Source of the DNA: Betaproteobacteria bacterium
GTDB taxonomy: Bacteria; Pseudomonadota; Gammaproteobacteria; Burkholderiales; SG8-41
Direction: 5' to 3'
Length of the DNA: 64,000 nt
NCBI GenBank assembly: GCA_032123035.1
Contig: JAQBFV010000189.1
Span: 243 to 64,242 of the forward strand
The translations under genes and the position numbers were made by a program. The notes under the pieces were generated by a model. The model did not search any database. It saw only the letters and a program-made list of their open reading frames with translations, and had not been told where the DNA came from. Within the stretch, counting starts at the first letter, position 1. Each line of letters starts with the position of its first letter. This document shows, piece after piece, positions 8,418-17,842 of this stretch.

Positions 8418-11400
8418 TCAGCCGAGCCGCTGCAGCTGCTCGTCCACCTTCTCGAGCGTCGCCATGGAGCGGGCGAGCCGCTCCTTTTCCTGAGCCACGA
8501 TGAGCGGGGGCGCGCGTTCGACGAAGCTCGGGTTGTCGAGTTTGCTCCGGGCCTTGTTGATTTCCACCTCCAGCCGCCCGCGCTCTTTGTCGAGCCGCGC
8601 ACGCTCATTTTCCAGATCGATCTCAATCTTGAGCATCAGCCGGTAATCGCCCACGATCGACACCGGCGAATCGATCTGCGGCAGCTCGCGCTCGGTAATC
8701 ATGACCTCGGAGAGGCGCGCCAGCGCCGTGAGATAGGGGGCAAACTGAACGAACGGCTGGCGCCGGCCCTGGACGAGAAGTGGCAGGCGCTCCCCGGGGC
8801 CAATGCCCATGTCACTGCGAAGCGCCCGGCAGGCATTGACGAGATCCTTCAGCATCGCGATCTGCCGCTCGGCGGCCTCGTCGCAGCGCTCCGGCTGGGT
8901 TTGCGGATAGGACTGCGTCATGATCGAAGGTCCGGACTTGCCGGCGAGGGTGGCCACCTTCTGCCAGAGCTCTTCCGTGATGAACGGGATCACGGGGTGC
9001 GCGAGACGCAAGGTCGTCTCCAGCACGCGCACCAGCGTGCGACGCGTTCCCCGCTGCTCCTCCTCGCTGCCGCTGGCGAGCTGCACCTTGGCGAGTTCGA
9101 CATACCAGTCGCAGTACTCGTCCCAGACGAAGCGGTAGACCGCGCTCGCCACGTTGTCCAGCCGGTATTCCTCAAAGCCTCGAGCGACCGCGGCTTCCGT
9201 GCGCTGGAGTTGACTCACGATCCAACGGTCTGCCGGCGAGAGCTCGACGGGGAGCTTCTCGTCCAGCCCGACGTCCCGGCCGGCGCAGTTCATCAGCACG
9301 AAACGGCTGGCATTCCATAGCTTGTTGCAGAAGTTGCCGTAGCCCTCGCAGCGCTTGAAGTCGAAATTGACGTTCCGGCCGAGCGTAGCATAGGCGGCCA
9401 TGGAGAAGCGCAGAGCATCAGCGCCATAAGCCGGGATCCCCTGCGGAAACTCCTTCCGCGTGCGCTCGACGATGCCCGGCGCATCCTCCGGCTTGCGCAA
9501 TCCCGTAGCGCGCTTCTCGAGGAGCAAGGGCAGAGTAATGCCGTCGATCAGGTCGACCGGGTCGATCGTGTTGCCTTCCGACTTCGACATTTTCTTGCCG
9601 TCAGCATCGCGCACGATGCCGTGGATGTAGACGTCGCGGAACGGCACGCGGCCCGTGAAATGGGTCGTCATCATGATCATGCGCGCGACCCAGAAGAAGA
9701 TGATCTCGTAACCGGTGACGAGCACGCTCGAAGGCAGGTAAAGGTCGTAGGCCGTCCCATCATCGCCCTGCGTCTCCGGCCAGCCCAGCGTCGAGTGGCA
9801 AACCAGCGCGGAAGAAAACCAGGTGTCCAGCACATCCGGGTCGCGCGTGAGGAGGGCACCACCGGCTTTCGCCTGTGCTTCCTCCTCGCTGCGCGCGACG
9901 TAGACGTTGCCGCGCTCGTCGTGCCAGGCGGGAATCTGGTGGCCCCACCAAAGCTGGCGCGAGATACACCAGTCCTGGATGTTCTTCATCCACTGGTTGT
10001 ACGTGTTCACCCAGTTATCAGGGTAGAACCGGACCTCGCCTTTCTCGACCACCTCGCGTGCCACCTGGGCGATGGTCTTGCCGGGATGTAGCGTGCCGGC
10101 AGGCGCGGGCTTCGTAACGGCCACGAACCACTGGTCCGTTAGCATCGGCTCGACCACCGAATCCGTGCGTCCGCAACGGGGGACCACCATCCGGTGCGGT
10201 TTGACGGACTCGAGCAGGCCGAATGCCTTGAGGTCATCCACAATCCGCCGGCGTGCCTCATAGCGGTCGAGACCGCGGTAGGTCGCGGGCAGCAGCTCTG
10301 CCGCCGATTTTCCGTAAACCCCGGCCGTGCTTCCGGGGTGACGTCCGCCCTCGAGGTCATCGAGCGGGGAGTCCTTGAGCCGGGCATTCTTCTTGAGAAT
10401 GCTGGGCGGGTAGGCCTGCGTGTAGCCCGCTGCCTTGAGTGTCTGGCCGATGATCGGGCGGTGCCGCAACCATATGTCGAAATCGTTGAAGTCGTGGGCG
10501 GGCGTGATCTTCAGGCAACCCGTGCCGAATTCCTTGTCTACGTACTCGTCGCCAATAACCGGGATTTCGCGCTCTGCGAGCGGCAGCACGACCATCTTGC
10601 CGATGAGCCCGCGATAGCGTTCGTCGCCGGGATTCACTGCAACGGCGACGTCGCCGAGCATCGTCTCGGGGCGGGTAGTTGCAACGGTGACATGGCCGCT
10701 GCCGTCCTTGAGCGGGTAGCGAATATGCCAGAGATTGCCGTCCTCCTCCTGGCTTTCGACCTCGAGATCGGAGACGGCGGTGAGCAGGACGGGATCCCAG
10801 TTGACGAGCCGCTTGCCGCGATAGATGAGGCCCTGCTCGTAGAGGCGCACGAACGTTTCAGTCACGACGCCCGAGAACTTCTCGTCCATCGTGAAGTACT
10901 CCCGCTCCCAGTCACACGAGGCGCCCAGCCGGCGCATCTGCTGGGTGATGGTGGAGCCGGACTGCTGTTTCCACTCCCACACCTTGTCGATGAATTTGTC
11001 GCGCCCGAGCGCCTCGCGAGAGGTTCCCTGCTGCTCCAGCTGGCGCTCCACCACGATTTGCGTTGCGATGCCGGCATGATCGGTGCCGGGCAGCCATAGC
11101 GTGTTGAAACCGCGCATGCGGTGATATCGGGTCAGCGCGTCCATGATAGTCTGGTTGAACGCGTGGCCCATGTGCAGCACGCCCGTGACGTTCGGCGGCG
11201 GCAATTGAATGCAGAAACGGTCGTTTTTGTCCGGATTGAGACCGGCTTTGAAATAGCCGTTCTCGTCCCAGAAGGAGTACCAGCGCGCCTCAATCGCTGC
11301 CGGCTCAAAACTCTTGGCGAGCTCCATCTCGGGAGGGAAGGGGCGGCTTCCGGGAAAAGCGGGAATTATACTGGAGGCAGGCAGCGCGGCTTCCGGCTCA

Positions 11401-11927
11401 GCCGGCTTCCCGCCGGCGTCTTTTTCGTCGAGCGACAGACGCAGGGTCTGCAGCCGGGCGCCCAGCGTTTCCTCGATCGAGGTGCGCACCATGTGGTTGA
11501 TGTCGGCCTTCATGTTTTGCGTGACCTTCTGCAGGGCCGTATCGAGAGCGCCACCAATATCGGGCATGACGCGCTCCCGCATCACTTCCACGATCCGCTC
11601 GTCGAGGTCGCGCTTGAGCTTCTGGTAGACGCTGTGTTCGAGGTTTTGCACCTGCACGCGCGACACGACGTTCGCCGAATCGGGCGATGGCTCAGCCGCT
11701 GGCGGAACGGCCGGGCGCCCCATGACGGGAGGATCCTCGATAATGATCTCGGTCAGCGTCGGGACGTCGGATATCCCGCCGGTATCGTTCGCCTCCGTCG
11801 GCGTCGATATCCCGGACGTTTCCGCTGCGGTCTGCGCGGTATTTGCGCCGCGGTGTCGCGCAAGCAAGGCGTCGGCCCGTTCCAGGAGCTCGTCGCCATC
11901 GTCTTTGCGGGTGGGTTCCTCAGCCAT
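8418..11927 (-). CDS. valS: valine--tRNA ligase carried in a 1169-codon ORF; the canonical ValS starts at Met201 (11327) and is preceded by a 200-aa in-frame extension
   Basis: The class I HIGH motif reads HMGH and KMSKS is present. The canonical N-terminus is [26 protein letters not shown], and a C-terminal coiled coil is present. No stop codon lies between 11927 and 11327, and the extension has coding-like GC3. Confidence 0.9.
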   Translation of the reverse strand: MAEEPTRKDDGDELLERADALLARHRGANTAQTAAETSGISTPTEANDTGGISDVPTLTEIIIEDPPVMGRPAVPPAAEPSPDSANVVSRVQVQNLEHSVYQKLKRDLDERIVEVMRERVMPDIGGALDTALQKVTQNMKADINHMVRTSIEETLGARLQTLRLSLDEKDAGGKPAEPEAALPASSIIPAFPGSRPFPPEMELAKSFEPAAIEARWYSFWDENGYFKAGLNPDKNDRFCIQLPPPNVTGVLHMGHAFNQTIMDALTRYHRMRGFNTLWLPGTDHAGIATQIVVERQLEQQGTSREALGRDKFIDKVWEWKQQSGSTITQQMRRLGASCDWEREYFTMDEKFSGVVTETFVRLYEQGLIYRGKRLVNWDPVLLTAVSDLEVESQEEDGNLWHIRYPLKDGSGHVTVATTRPETMLGDVAVAVNPGDERYRGLIGKMVVLPLAEREIPVIGDEYVDKEFGTGCLKITPAHDFNDFDIWLRHRPIIGQTLKAAGYTQAYPPSILKKNARLKDSPLDDLEGGRHPGSTAGVYGKSAAELLPATYRGLDRYEARRRIVDDLKAFGLLESVKPHRMVVPRCGRTDSVVEPMLTDQWFVAVTKPAPAGTLHPGKTIAQVAREVVEKGEVRFYPDNWVNTYNQWMKNIQDWCISRQLWWGHQIPAWHDERGNVYVARSEEEAQAKAGGALLTRDPDVLDTWFSSALVCHSTLGWPETQGDDGTAYDLYLPSSVLVTGYEIIFFWVARMIMMTTHFTGRVPFRDVYIHGIVRDADGKKMSKSEGNTIDPVDLIDGITLPLLLEKRATGLRKPEDAPGIVERTRKEFPQGIPAYGADALRFSMAAYATLGRNVNFDFKRCEGYGNFCNKLWNASRFVLMNCAGRDVGLDEKLPVELSPADRWIVSQLQRTEAAVARGFEEYRLDNVASAVYRFVWDEYCDWYVELAKVQLASGSEEEQRGTRRTLVRVLETTLRLAHPVIPFITEELWQKVATLAGKSGPSIMTQSYPQTQPERCDEAAERQIAMLKDLVNACRALRSDMGIGPGERLPLLVQGRRQPFVQFAPYLTALARLSEVMITERELPQIDSPVSIVGDYRLMLKIEIDLENERARLDKERGRLEVEINKARSKLDNPSFVERAPPLIVAQEKERLARSMATLEKVDEQLQRLG

Positions 11928-11937
11928 CAGCGTTCCG

Positions 11938-12055
11938 AATGCGCAATGCTGAATGATAAATGGATCCGTACCTGCCGCGCCCGGTGTGCGGGCGTTGACC
12001 GCTTTTCGCTAAGCACTAAACATTGAACATTAAACATTGAACATTAAACATTGGT
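11938..12055. repeat. inverted heptad arrays AATGNNN x4 (11938-11965) and CATTRAA-type x6 (12014-12055)
   Basis: The AATG/CATT tetranucleotide recurs at an exact 7-nt period. The holC TAA stop (12044) lies inside the right array. The left array ends 11 nt before ATG 11927. Confidence 0.8.
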
Positions 12056-12472
12056 CTTGCTCAGGTCGTGCGTGCGGATCTCGTAGCCGCGGTCGCGGTA
12101 GAAGCGAAAGCGCTCGCGGGCCTGTGCGCGATCGGCCTCGTCGAGGCCGACGATCTCGACCAGCCGCTGGAAGCGGCTGAAAAACGCAGGCCACTCCGGA
12201 CGCAAGTTGAGCAGCACATGGTCATTGAGCAGATTCTCGCCCTGGTAGTCGACGATGACGGGCGTCACCGTCGCGAGTGGGTCGTCGGGCGCGCAGTGGG
12301 GAACGAATCCGATGGCCGGTGTCGTCCAAAGCATCCGGTCGAGGCGCTGTGCGGTCCCGGCATCGGCACAGAAGACCGTGACCTTGAGGCCGAGGGCGAA
12401 GGCTTTTGAGGACAGCACGCACGCCGTGCGCAACCTGTCGGGAACGTGGGTGTAGAAATCGATTTGTGTCAT
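12044..12472 (-). CDS. holC: DNA polymerase III chi subunit
   Basis: MTQIDFYTH...LWT...FVPH motifs, and the conserved position between pepA and valS. Confidence 0.85.
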   Translation of the reverse strand: MTQIDFYTHVPDRLRTACVLSSKAFALGLKVTVFCADAGTAQRLDRMLWTTPAIGFVPHCAPDDPLATVTPVIVDYQGENLLNDHVLLNLRPEWPAFFSRFQRLVEIVGLDEADRAQARERFRFYRDRGYEIRTHDLSKTNV

Positions 12473-12537
12473 TTATCGTGAATCGTAATTCGTTAAGTGC
12501 CGCTGCGGGACCAGGATTCACCATTCACGATTTACGA
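12469..12537. repeat. inverted heptad arrays TCRTNNN x4 (12469-12496) and TTYACSA x3 (12517-12537)
   Basis: TCGT/ACGA recur at a 7-nt period. The pepA TGA (12525) is inside the right array and the holC ATG (12472) is inside the left array. Confidence 0.75.
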
Positions 12538-14027
12538 CCGCCGCGCGCGCGGTTGATGAGAAACTGTGAGAGCAGCGGCACCGGCCGGCCCGTGCCGCCC
12601 TTTTCCTTGCCGCTTTTCCAGGCCGTGCCCGCGATGTCGAGGTGCGCCCACTTGTAGCTCTTGGTGAAGCGCGCCAGGAAGCAGGCCGCCGTTATGGCGC
12701 CCGCCGGGCGCCCACCGATGTTCGCGAAATCGGCGAAATTGCTCGAAAGCTGCTCCTGGTAGTCTTCCCATAGGGGCAGGCGCCAGGCACGGTCGTGCGC
12801 GGCCACGCCGGCTCCGAGCACTTCGCTTGCGAGGGTGTCATCGTTGGCGAACAAGCCGGTTGCGACGTGGCCCAGCGCGACCACGCAAGCGCCGGTGAGT
12901 GTCGCGATATCGATCACCGCCGCCGGTTTGAAGCGCTCGACGTAGGTGAGCGCATCGCACAGAATGAGGCGGCCCTCGGCGTCGGTGTTCAGGATTTCGA
13001 CGGTCTGCCCGGACAGGCTCTTCACGATGTCACCGGGCCTGGTGGCGCGTCCCCCAGGCATGTTCTCGGTGGTCGGAATGACCCCCACGACGTTCACCGG
13101 CAGGCGCATTTCCCCGACCACCTTCATCGTTCCCAGGACGCTTGCCGCGCCGCACATGTCGAATTTCATCTGGTCCATGTCGGCAGAGGGCTTGATAGAA
13201 ATCCCCCCCGTGTCGAAGGTGGTGCCCTTGCCGACGAGCGCCACCGGCCGCGCCGTCTTGGGTCCGCCGCGGTGTTCGAGCGTGATGAACTTGGGCGGTT
13301 GCGCACTCCCGCGTGCCACGGACAGCAATGCGCCCATGCCGAGCCGCTCCATGTCGGCGCGCTCCAGTACCTCGACCTTCATGCGGTAGCGCTTCGCCAA
13401 CTCTCGCGCCTGGTCCGCGAGGTACGCTGGCGTGCATACGTTGGGCGGCAGGTTGCCCAAGTCCCGCGCCAGCGCGACGCCATGCGCTACCGCAAGACCG
13501 TGCTCGAGCCCTGCGGCGGCGCGCCGCTCAGCCGTACGATCGTTGACGCTCAATACGAGCCGGCGCAAGGCGAAGTCATTGTCCTCGCGCTTGCTTTTCA
13601 TGCGGGTGAAGCGATAGGTGCATTCGCACGCAACCATGACGGCATGCGCGACCTTCCACGCAGCATCGCGTTTGCCGAGCGCAAGCTCCGTGAGATGCAA
13701 CGAGGCTTCCTCGGCCCCGGACGCGCCCAAGGCGCGGATGGCGGCCGCCACGGCGCTGCGGTACTGCTCCTCGCTGAACTGCGCTTCGCGCCCCAGTCCG
13801 ACCAACAGCACGCGATCAGCCGCGGCGCCAGGAACCTTGTGCAGGAACAGGGTCTTGCCGAGCTTACCCTGCATGTCGCCGCGCCGCAGGACGGCGCTGA
13901 GATATCCTTTCGCAGCGCGGTCGAGCACCGCACCGGCGCGGGAAAGCTTGCGCGGCTCGAACACACCCACCACCAGACAACCGTTGCGGGCGGACTGCAG
14001 CACGCCGCTTTTTATGCTAAATTCCAC
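12525..14027 (-). CDS. pepA: leucyl aminopeptidase
   Basis: NTDAEGRLILCDALTY and GKGTTFDTGGISIKP are M17 peptidase signatures. Confidence 0.95.
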   Translation of the reverse strand: MEFSIKSGVLQSARNGCLVVGVFEPRKLSRAGAVLDRAAKGYLSAVLRRGDMQGKLGKTLFLHKVPGAAADRVLLVGLGREAQFSEEQYRSAVAAAIRALGASGAEEASLHLTELALGKRDAAWKVAHAVMVACECTYRFTRMKSKREDNDFALRRLVLSVNDRTAERRAAAGLEHGLAVAHGVALARDLGNLPPNVCTPAYLADQARELAKRYRMKVEVLERADMERLGMGALLSVARGSAQPPKFITLEHRGGPKTARPVALVGKGTTFDTGGISIKPSADMDQMKFDMCGAASVLGTMKVVGEMRLPVNVVGVIPTTENMPGGRATRPGDIVKSLSGQTVEILNTDAEGRLILCDALTYVERFKPAAVIDIATLTGACVVALGHVATGLFANDDTLASEVLGAGVAAHDRAWRLPLWEDYQEQLSSNFADFANIGGRPAGAITAACFLARFTKSYKWAHLDIAGTAWKSGKEKGGTGRPVPLLSQFLINRARGGRKS

Positions 14028-14105
14028 TGAGGGCTCCGTATTGAGTTAGCTGTCTGATTATTTGCGCATTCCTGCCGAAAAGTCAAAGCTGAGCCCGACC
14101 CTTTA

Positions 14106-15182
14106 ATGATCTTCCGCAACGCGCTTCTCCGCGAGCTGGTGATTTCCTCGCTGGGAGTTTTCTTCGTCCTGGTTGGCATCATAGTGACAACGGCGCTTGT
14201 GCGGTTTCTCGGACTGGCTGCGGCCGGTGCCATCACTGCCGGTGGCGTGGCGGCGTTGCTCGGTTTGGCGCTGGTGGGCTATCTGCCGCTCGTGCTTTCG
14301 CTCACGCTCTTCGTCGCGGTGCTGATGACACTCTCGCGCGTCTACCACGATTCGGAGATGGTCGTCTGGTTTGCAAGCGGCATGAGCCTGACCGAATGGA
14401 TCCGGCCCGTGCTCATGTTCACGGTACCAGTCGTCGTCCTGATTGCGCTGGCTTCTCTGCTACTGAGGCCGTGGGCGGTCGCCAACAGCGAGGAGCTGCG
14501 CCGGCGCATGGACAGCCGGGATGATGTATCGGTGATAACGCCCGGCGTCTTCCGGGAATCCAATCGGGCCGACCGCGTGTTTTTCGTTGAGGCGGTGTCG
14601 GGCGCCGAGAAACTCGTCGGCAACGTGTTCGTGAGCTCGGTCCAGCATAATCGGCAGGGCGTGATGGTGGCCGCGCAGGGGTATGCGGAGACCGCGCCGA
14701 ATGGCGATCGCTTCCTCGTGCTGAAGAACGGCCGGCGCTACGAGGGCGTGCCCGGCAAGGCCGTGTACAAGATCTACGAGTTCGAGCGTTATGCCATGCG
14801 CATCGCGTTGAGTGAGGCGCGCCGCGCACCCACCGAAAAGAGCGTGCCAACGGTAGAGCTGGTGCGTAATTTGACTCGCCGCAATCAGGGCGAGTTGTCA
14901 TTCCGGCTGGGCATTCCCATTGGAGCGCTGGTCCTGGCGTTGCTCGCAATCCCCCTGTCCTTCGTCAATCCGCGCGCCGGGCGGTCGATGAATCTGCTTC
15001 TCGCGCTGCTGGTGTACATGAGCTACAGCAACATGCTGTCGATCGCGCAAGCATCCATCGCGCAGTCACGCATCAGTTTTGCGGCCGGGGTGCTCGGCGT
15101 GCACGCTCTGATGTTCCTGCTGCTCCTGCTGCTGTTCTACCGCCGTCTGATGCTGTTCTCGATTTTTCGCTTGATACGATGA
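14106..15182 (+). CDS. lptF: LPS export ABC transporter permease LptF
   Basis: MIFRNALLRELV N-terminus, six-TM permease architecture, divergent from pepA, and a 4-nt overlap with lptG. Confidence 0.88.
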   Translation: MIFRNALLRELVISSLGVFFVLVGIIVTTALVRFLGLAAAGAITAGGVAALLGLALVGYLPLVLSLTLFVAVLMTLSRVYHDSEMVVWFASGMSLTEWIRPVLMFTVPVVVLIALASLLLRPWAVANSEELRRRMDSRDDVSVITPGVFRESNRADRVFFVEAVSGAEKLVGNVFVSSVQHNRQGVMVAAQGYAETAPNGDRFLVLKNGRRYEGVPGKAVYKIYEFERYAMRIALSEARRAPTEKSVPTVELVRNLTRRNQGELSFRLGIPIGALVLALLAIPLSFVNPRAGRSMNLLLALLVYMSYSNMLSIAQASIAQSRISFAAGVLGVHALMFLLLLLLFYRRLMLFSIFRLIR

Positions 15183-16252
15183 GGACGCTGCGGCGATACA
15201 TTGCGACCGAAATCTTCGTCGCGACCGCTCTGTTCACGGCCGCGCTGGTGATGCTGTTCGCGTTCTTCGACATGGTGGAGGAGGTAAAGGACCTCGGCCG
15301 CGGCACCTACACGATGCGACTGATCGCGGGTTACGTCTTGCTTTCGGCGCCGGGGCACATCTACGAACTCTTTCCGATCGCGGTCCTGATCGGCGCGCTT
15401 TTCGCGCTCGCGCAACTCGTTGCGGGATCCGAGTATACGGTCATGCGCACCGCCGGCGTATCAACCGCGCGTTTCGTTACCACGCTCGTGGGAATCGGCC
15501 TCGTTCTTGCCATGCTCACGTTCGCTTTCGGGGAATTCGTCGGCCCGCCCGCGGAGCAGTTCGCGCAGCGCCTTCGCTCGCAGGCCATTACCGGCGTGGT
15601 GGCGCAGGAGTTTCGCTCGGGCCTGTGGATCAAAGACGGCCGTAGTTTCATCAACGTGGTCGAAGTGCTTCCCGACACCAGTCTGCGTGGCGTGCGGATC
15701 TACGATTTCGACGAGCAATATCGGCTGCGCTCCATCAGTTTCGCACAACGGGGAACTTATCAAAGCGGCCGGCGCTGGATGCTCCACGACGTTGCGCGCA
15801 CGAACTTCGATGGCAAGGAAACCTCGGTGCAGAAACTGGCGCAGGCGAGCTGGCAGTCGGTTCTCGATCCCGATCTCATCAGCGTGCTCCTGGTGAAGCC
15901 TGAAAAGATGTCGGCTTCGAGCCTCTATTCGTACACGCAGCACCTCAAGGAAAACCGGCAGCGGGCGCTGCGTTATGAAATCGCGCTTTGGAACAAGCTG
16001 ACCTATCCCCTGGCCGTTGTGGTGATGGTCGTGCTCGCGCTGCCTTTTGCGTATTTTCGTGGCCGCCAGGCGGGCGTCGGCGCCAAAATCTTCGCCGGCA
16101 TCATGCTCGGCCTGGTGTTCCACTTCCTGAATCGCCTGTTCTCGTACCTTGGTCTGATCAACGATTGGCCAGCCTTTGCCAGCGCCATCGTGCCCATCGT
16201 GATTTTTTTCTCGGCGGCGGTGGGGATGATCTGGTGGCAGGAGCGAAGATAA
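15179..16252 (+). CDS. lptG: LPS export ABC transporter permease LptG
   Basis: MRTLRRYIATEIF N-terminus and a YjgP/YjgQ-type permease fold. It is translationally coupled to lptF. Confidence 0.88.
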   Translation: MRTLRRYIATEIFVATALFTAALVMLFAFFDMVEEVKDLGRGTYTMRLIAGYVLLSAPGHIYELFPIAVLIGALFALAQLVAGSEYTVMRTAGVSTARFVTTLVGIGLVLAMLTFAFGEFVGPPAEQFAQRLRSQAITGVVAQEFRSGLWIKDGRSFINVVEVLPDTSLRGVRIYDFDEQYRLRSISFAQRGTYQSGRRWMLHDVARTNFDGKETSVQKLAQASWQSVLDPDLISVLLVKPEKMSASSLYSYTQHLKENRQRALRYEIALWNKLTYPLAVVVMVVLALPFAYFRGRQAGVGAKIFAGIMLGLVFHFLNRLFSYLGLINDWPAFASAIVPIVIFFSAAVGMIWWQERR

Positions 16253-16352
16253 GGCGGAAGGCGGAAGGCGGAAGGCGAGGGGGACCCTACTTAAGAGGTT
16301 TTTCCTTCATCCTTCATCCTTCATCCTTCATCCTTCATCCTTCATCCTTGAT
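16251..16352. repeat. inverted heptad arrays AAGGCGG x4 (16251-16278) and CCTTCAT x6 plus CCTTGAT (16304-16352)
   Basis: Perfect tandem 7-mers. The lptG TAA abuts the first array. The TGA of the RDD gene (16335), and its last codons KDEG, are encoded by the second array. Confidence 0.9.
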
Positions 16353-16769
16353 GACTCGGGTGCCGGCGATCCGGTCGTGCAGGAACTGGTGATCCCGGTC
16401 CACGAGGGCCCATGCGAAGCCCGCGCCGAATGCGAGTAATCCAGCAAGAGCGAGGCAATAGCGCTGTACTGCCTGTCGCAGTGTAAGCATGCCGCCGTTG
16501 CGGTCCACCAGCCGAAGGCGCCAGGTTTTCATCGGCAGCGTCTGACCGCCGCGGCGCCATTGGCAGACGAAATACGCGCCCGCGAGGGCCACGAGATAGA
16601 GCTGGAGGAGCGGCCGCGCGACGACGTGTTCCACCGCTTGAGTCAAGGCGACGAATGGCGCTGCACCGAGCGCGAGGACTGCACACAGAACCAACGCTTC
16701 GTAGGCGAGGCTTACCAGGCGCCGCATGAGGCCTGCTGGCGGCGCGCTGTCATCATGCGCGGCAGACAT
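16335..16769 (-). CDS. RDD-family membrane protein
   Basis: Three TM segments and a C-terminal ...LVDRDHQFLHDRIAGTRVI tail typical of RDD proteins. It is the last gene of the ECF/DUF3619/DUF3106 block. Confidence 0.7.
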   Translation of the reverse strand: MSAAHDDSAPPAGLMRRLVSLAYEALVLCAVLALGAAPFVALTQAVEHVVARPLLQLYLVALAGAYFVCQWRRGGQTLPMKTWRLRLVDRNGGMLTLRQAVQRYCLALAGLLAFGAGFAWALVDRDHQFLHDRIAGTRVIKDEG

Positions 16770-16821
16770 TGGCTACGCGCTAGCGGCCTGTCGGACTTGA
16801 AGTTCCGATAGGCCGCTAAAT

Positions 16822-16954
16822 GCAAAACCGCCCGCAGAATTGCAACAGAGTGGAGTAACAACACGTGTTTTCGCTTTTAAGAAGAAGCGCAGGAGCAGGG
16901 CGGAAGTCAGGTAATTGGAATTCAAAGCCGCTGTTTGCCTGCGGGCGGTTTTGC
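16822..16954. repeat. second copy of the inverted-repeat-bounded element (16-bp perfect IR GCAAAACCGCCCGCAG / CTGCGGGCGGTTTTGC)
   Basis: Read directly. The left end AATGCAAAACCG...TTGCAACA matches the copy at 368-486. Confidence 0.5.
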
Positions 16955-16957
16955 GTA

Positions 16958-16991
16958 AGGAGGGTGTTGGGACATCGTCCGACACCCTCCT
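16958..16991. other. 10-bp perfect stem hairpin (AGGAGGGTGT ... ACACCCTCCT) just downstream of the DUF3106 stop
   Basis: Read directly. An inner GGAC/GTCC pairing extends the stem. There is no U-tract. Confidence 0.55.
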
Positions 16992-17000
16992 AGCGCGGGG

Positions 17001-17477
17001 TTAACGCGTCGTGGGCGCCGGCACGGCGGGCGCCATCAATGGTGCGGGCGGGGCTGGTGGATCCGACGGCGAAAGATCCGGCTGGGCCGCCACGGCCCGC
17101 TGATACGCCCGCCACTGTCGGGTGACCTGTCGGCGCTCTTTGGGCGGAAGACGCTTGAGCTGTTGGTAGCGCTCGCGCGCGGCGCGGCGCTGTTCGGGGG
17201 TCAGCTTCGCCCAGTCGACCATGCGCTTTTTCAGGCGCTCGCGCGCTGGCGGCTTCATCTTGGGATAACGCTTTGCGATGGCCACCCAATTCTTGCGGTG
17301 CTTCGCGTCGAGCTGGTCCCACTCGCGGGAGAGCGGGGCGAGAATCTTCTGCTGTTCGGGCGTGAGCTCGGACCACGCGGGTCGTGTGTTCCTGCCACTC
17401 TCGGATGGATTCTGCGCGGCGACGACCGGAAATGCGAGACAGAGCCAGGCGATCAACGCGACGCACGTTTTAGCCAT
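17001..17477 (-). CDS. DUF3106-type periplasmic protein
   Basis: Signal peptide. Repeated W..L.PEQ(Q/R) helical units (WSELTPEQQKIL, WAKLTPEQRRAARERYQQ) and a Pro-rich tail. Confidence 0.7.
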   Translation of the reverse strand: MAKTCVALIAWLCLAFPVVAAQNPSESGRNTRPAWSELTPEQQKILAPLSREWDQLDAKHRKNWVAIAKRYPKMKPPARERLKKRMVDWAKLTPEQRRAARERYQQLKRLPPKERRQVTRQWRAYQRAVAAQPDLSPSDPPAPPAPLMAPAVPAPTTR

Positions 17478-17842
17478 GAATCGAAGCCCTTGTCGAGATA
17501 AGCATTGATCGGCAGCTCATCGGTGAGCAAGCCGGCGTCGATGTCGGCCAGCTCGTGGGTCGGGCCGAAGCTGTTCCAGATGGCAAGACCGGTCAGGCCG
17601 AGCACAAGCGTAGTGACGGCCACCAGATTGCGAACACTATAGAAGCGATGCCCGGAAACCCGCGCGATCGCAGGTCCGGCCCACGCCAGGCCCGGGACAG
17701 GTGCGGGTTGCTCGCGATAGCGCCCAAGGGCCCGCTTGCGCGCAGCGAGCAGTCGCTCCCGCGTCGCCGGATCGAGTTGATCCACGCCGGCGTCGAGGTG
17801 CTCGACAATGCGGCGCGCCAACTCGTTCTCGGGCTGGTTCAT
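17453..17842 (-). CDS. DUF3619-type membrane protein (probable partner or anti-sigma of the adjacent ECF sigma)
   Basis: Starts at MNQPENELARRIVEHLD (Met43 of the listed ORF), overlapping the sigma gene stop in ATGA. It has a single central TM. Confidence 0.65.
   Translation of the reverse strand: MNQPENELARRIVEHLDAGVDQLDPATRERLLAARKRALGRYREQPAPVPGLAWAGPAIARVSGHRFYSVRNLVAVTTLVLGLTGLAIWNSFGPTHELADIDAGLLTDELPINAYLDKGFDSWLKRASR

Noticed and set aside
8414-8626. N-terminal 71 codons of the 7814-8626 ORF overlapping the valS 3' end
   Set aside because: This part is out of frame within the valS coiled-coil region and Arg/Ser-rich. The membrane protein starts at MDALSTVALIAG (8413), 4 nt after the valS stop.
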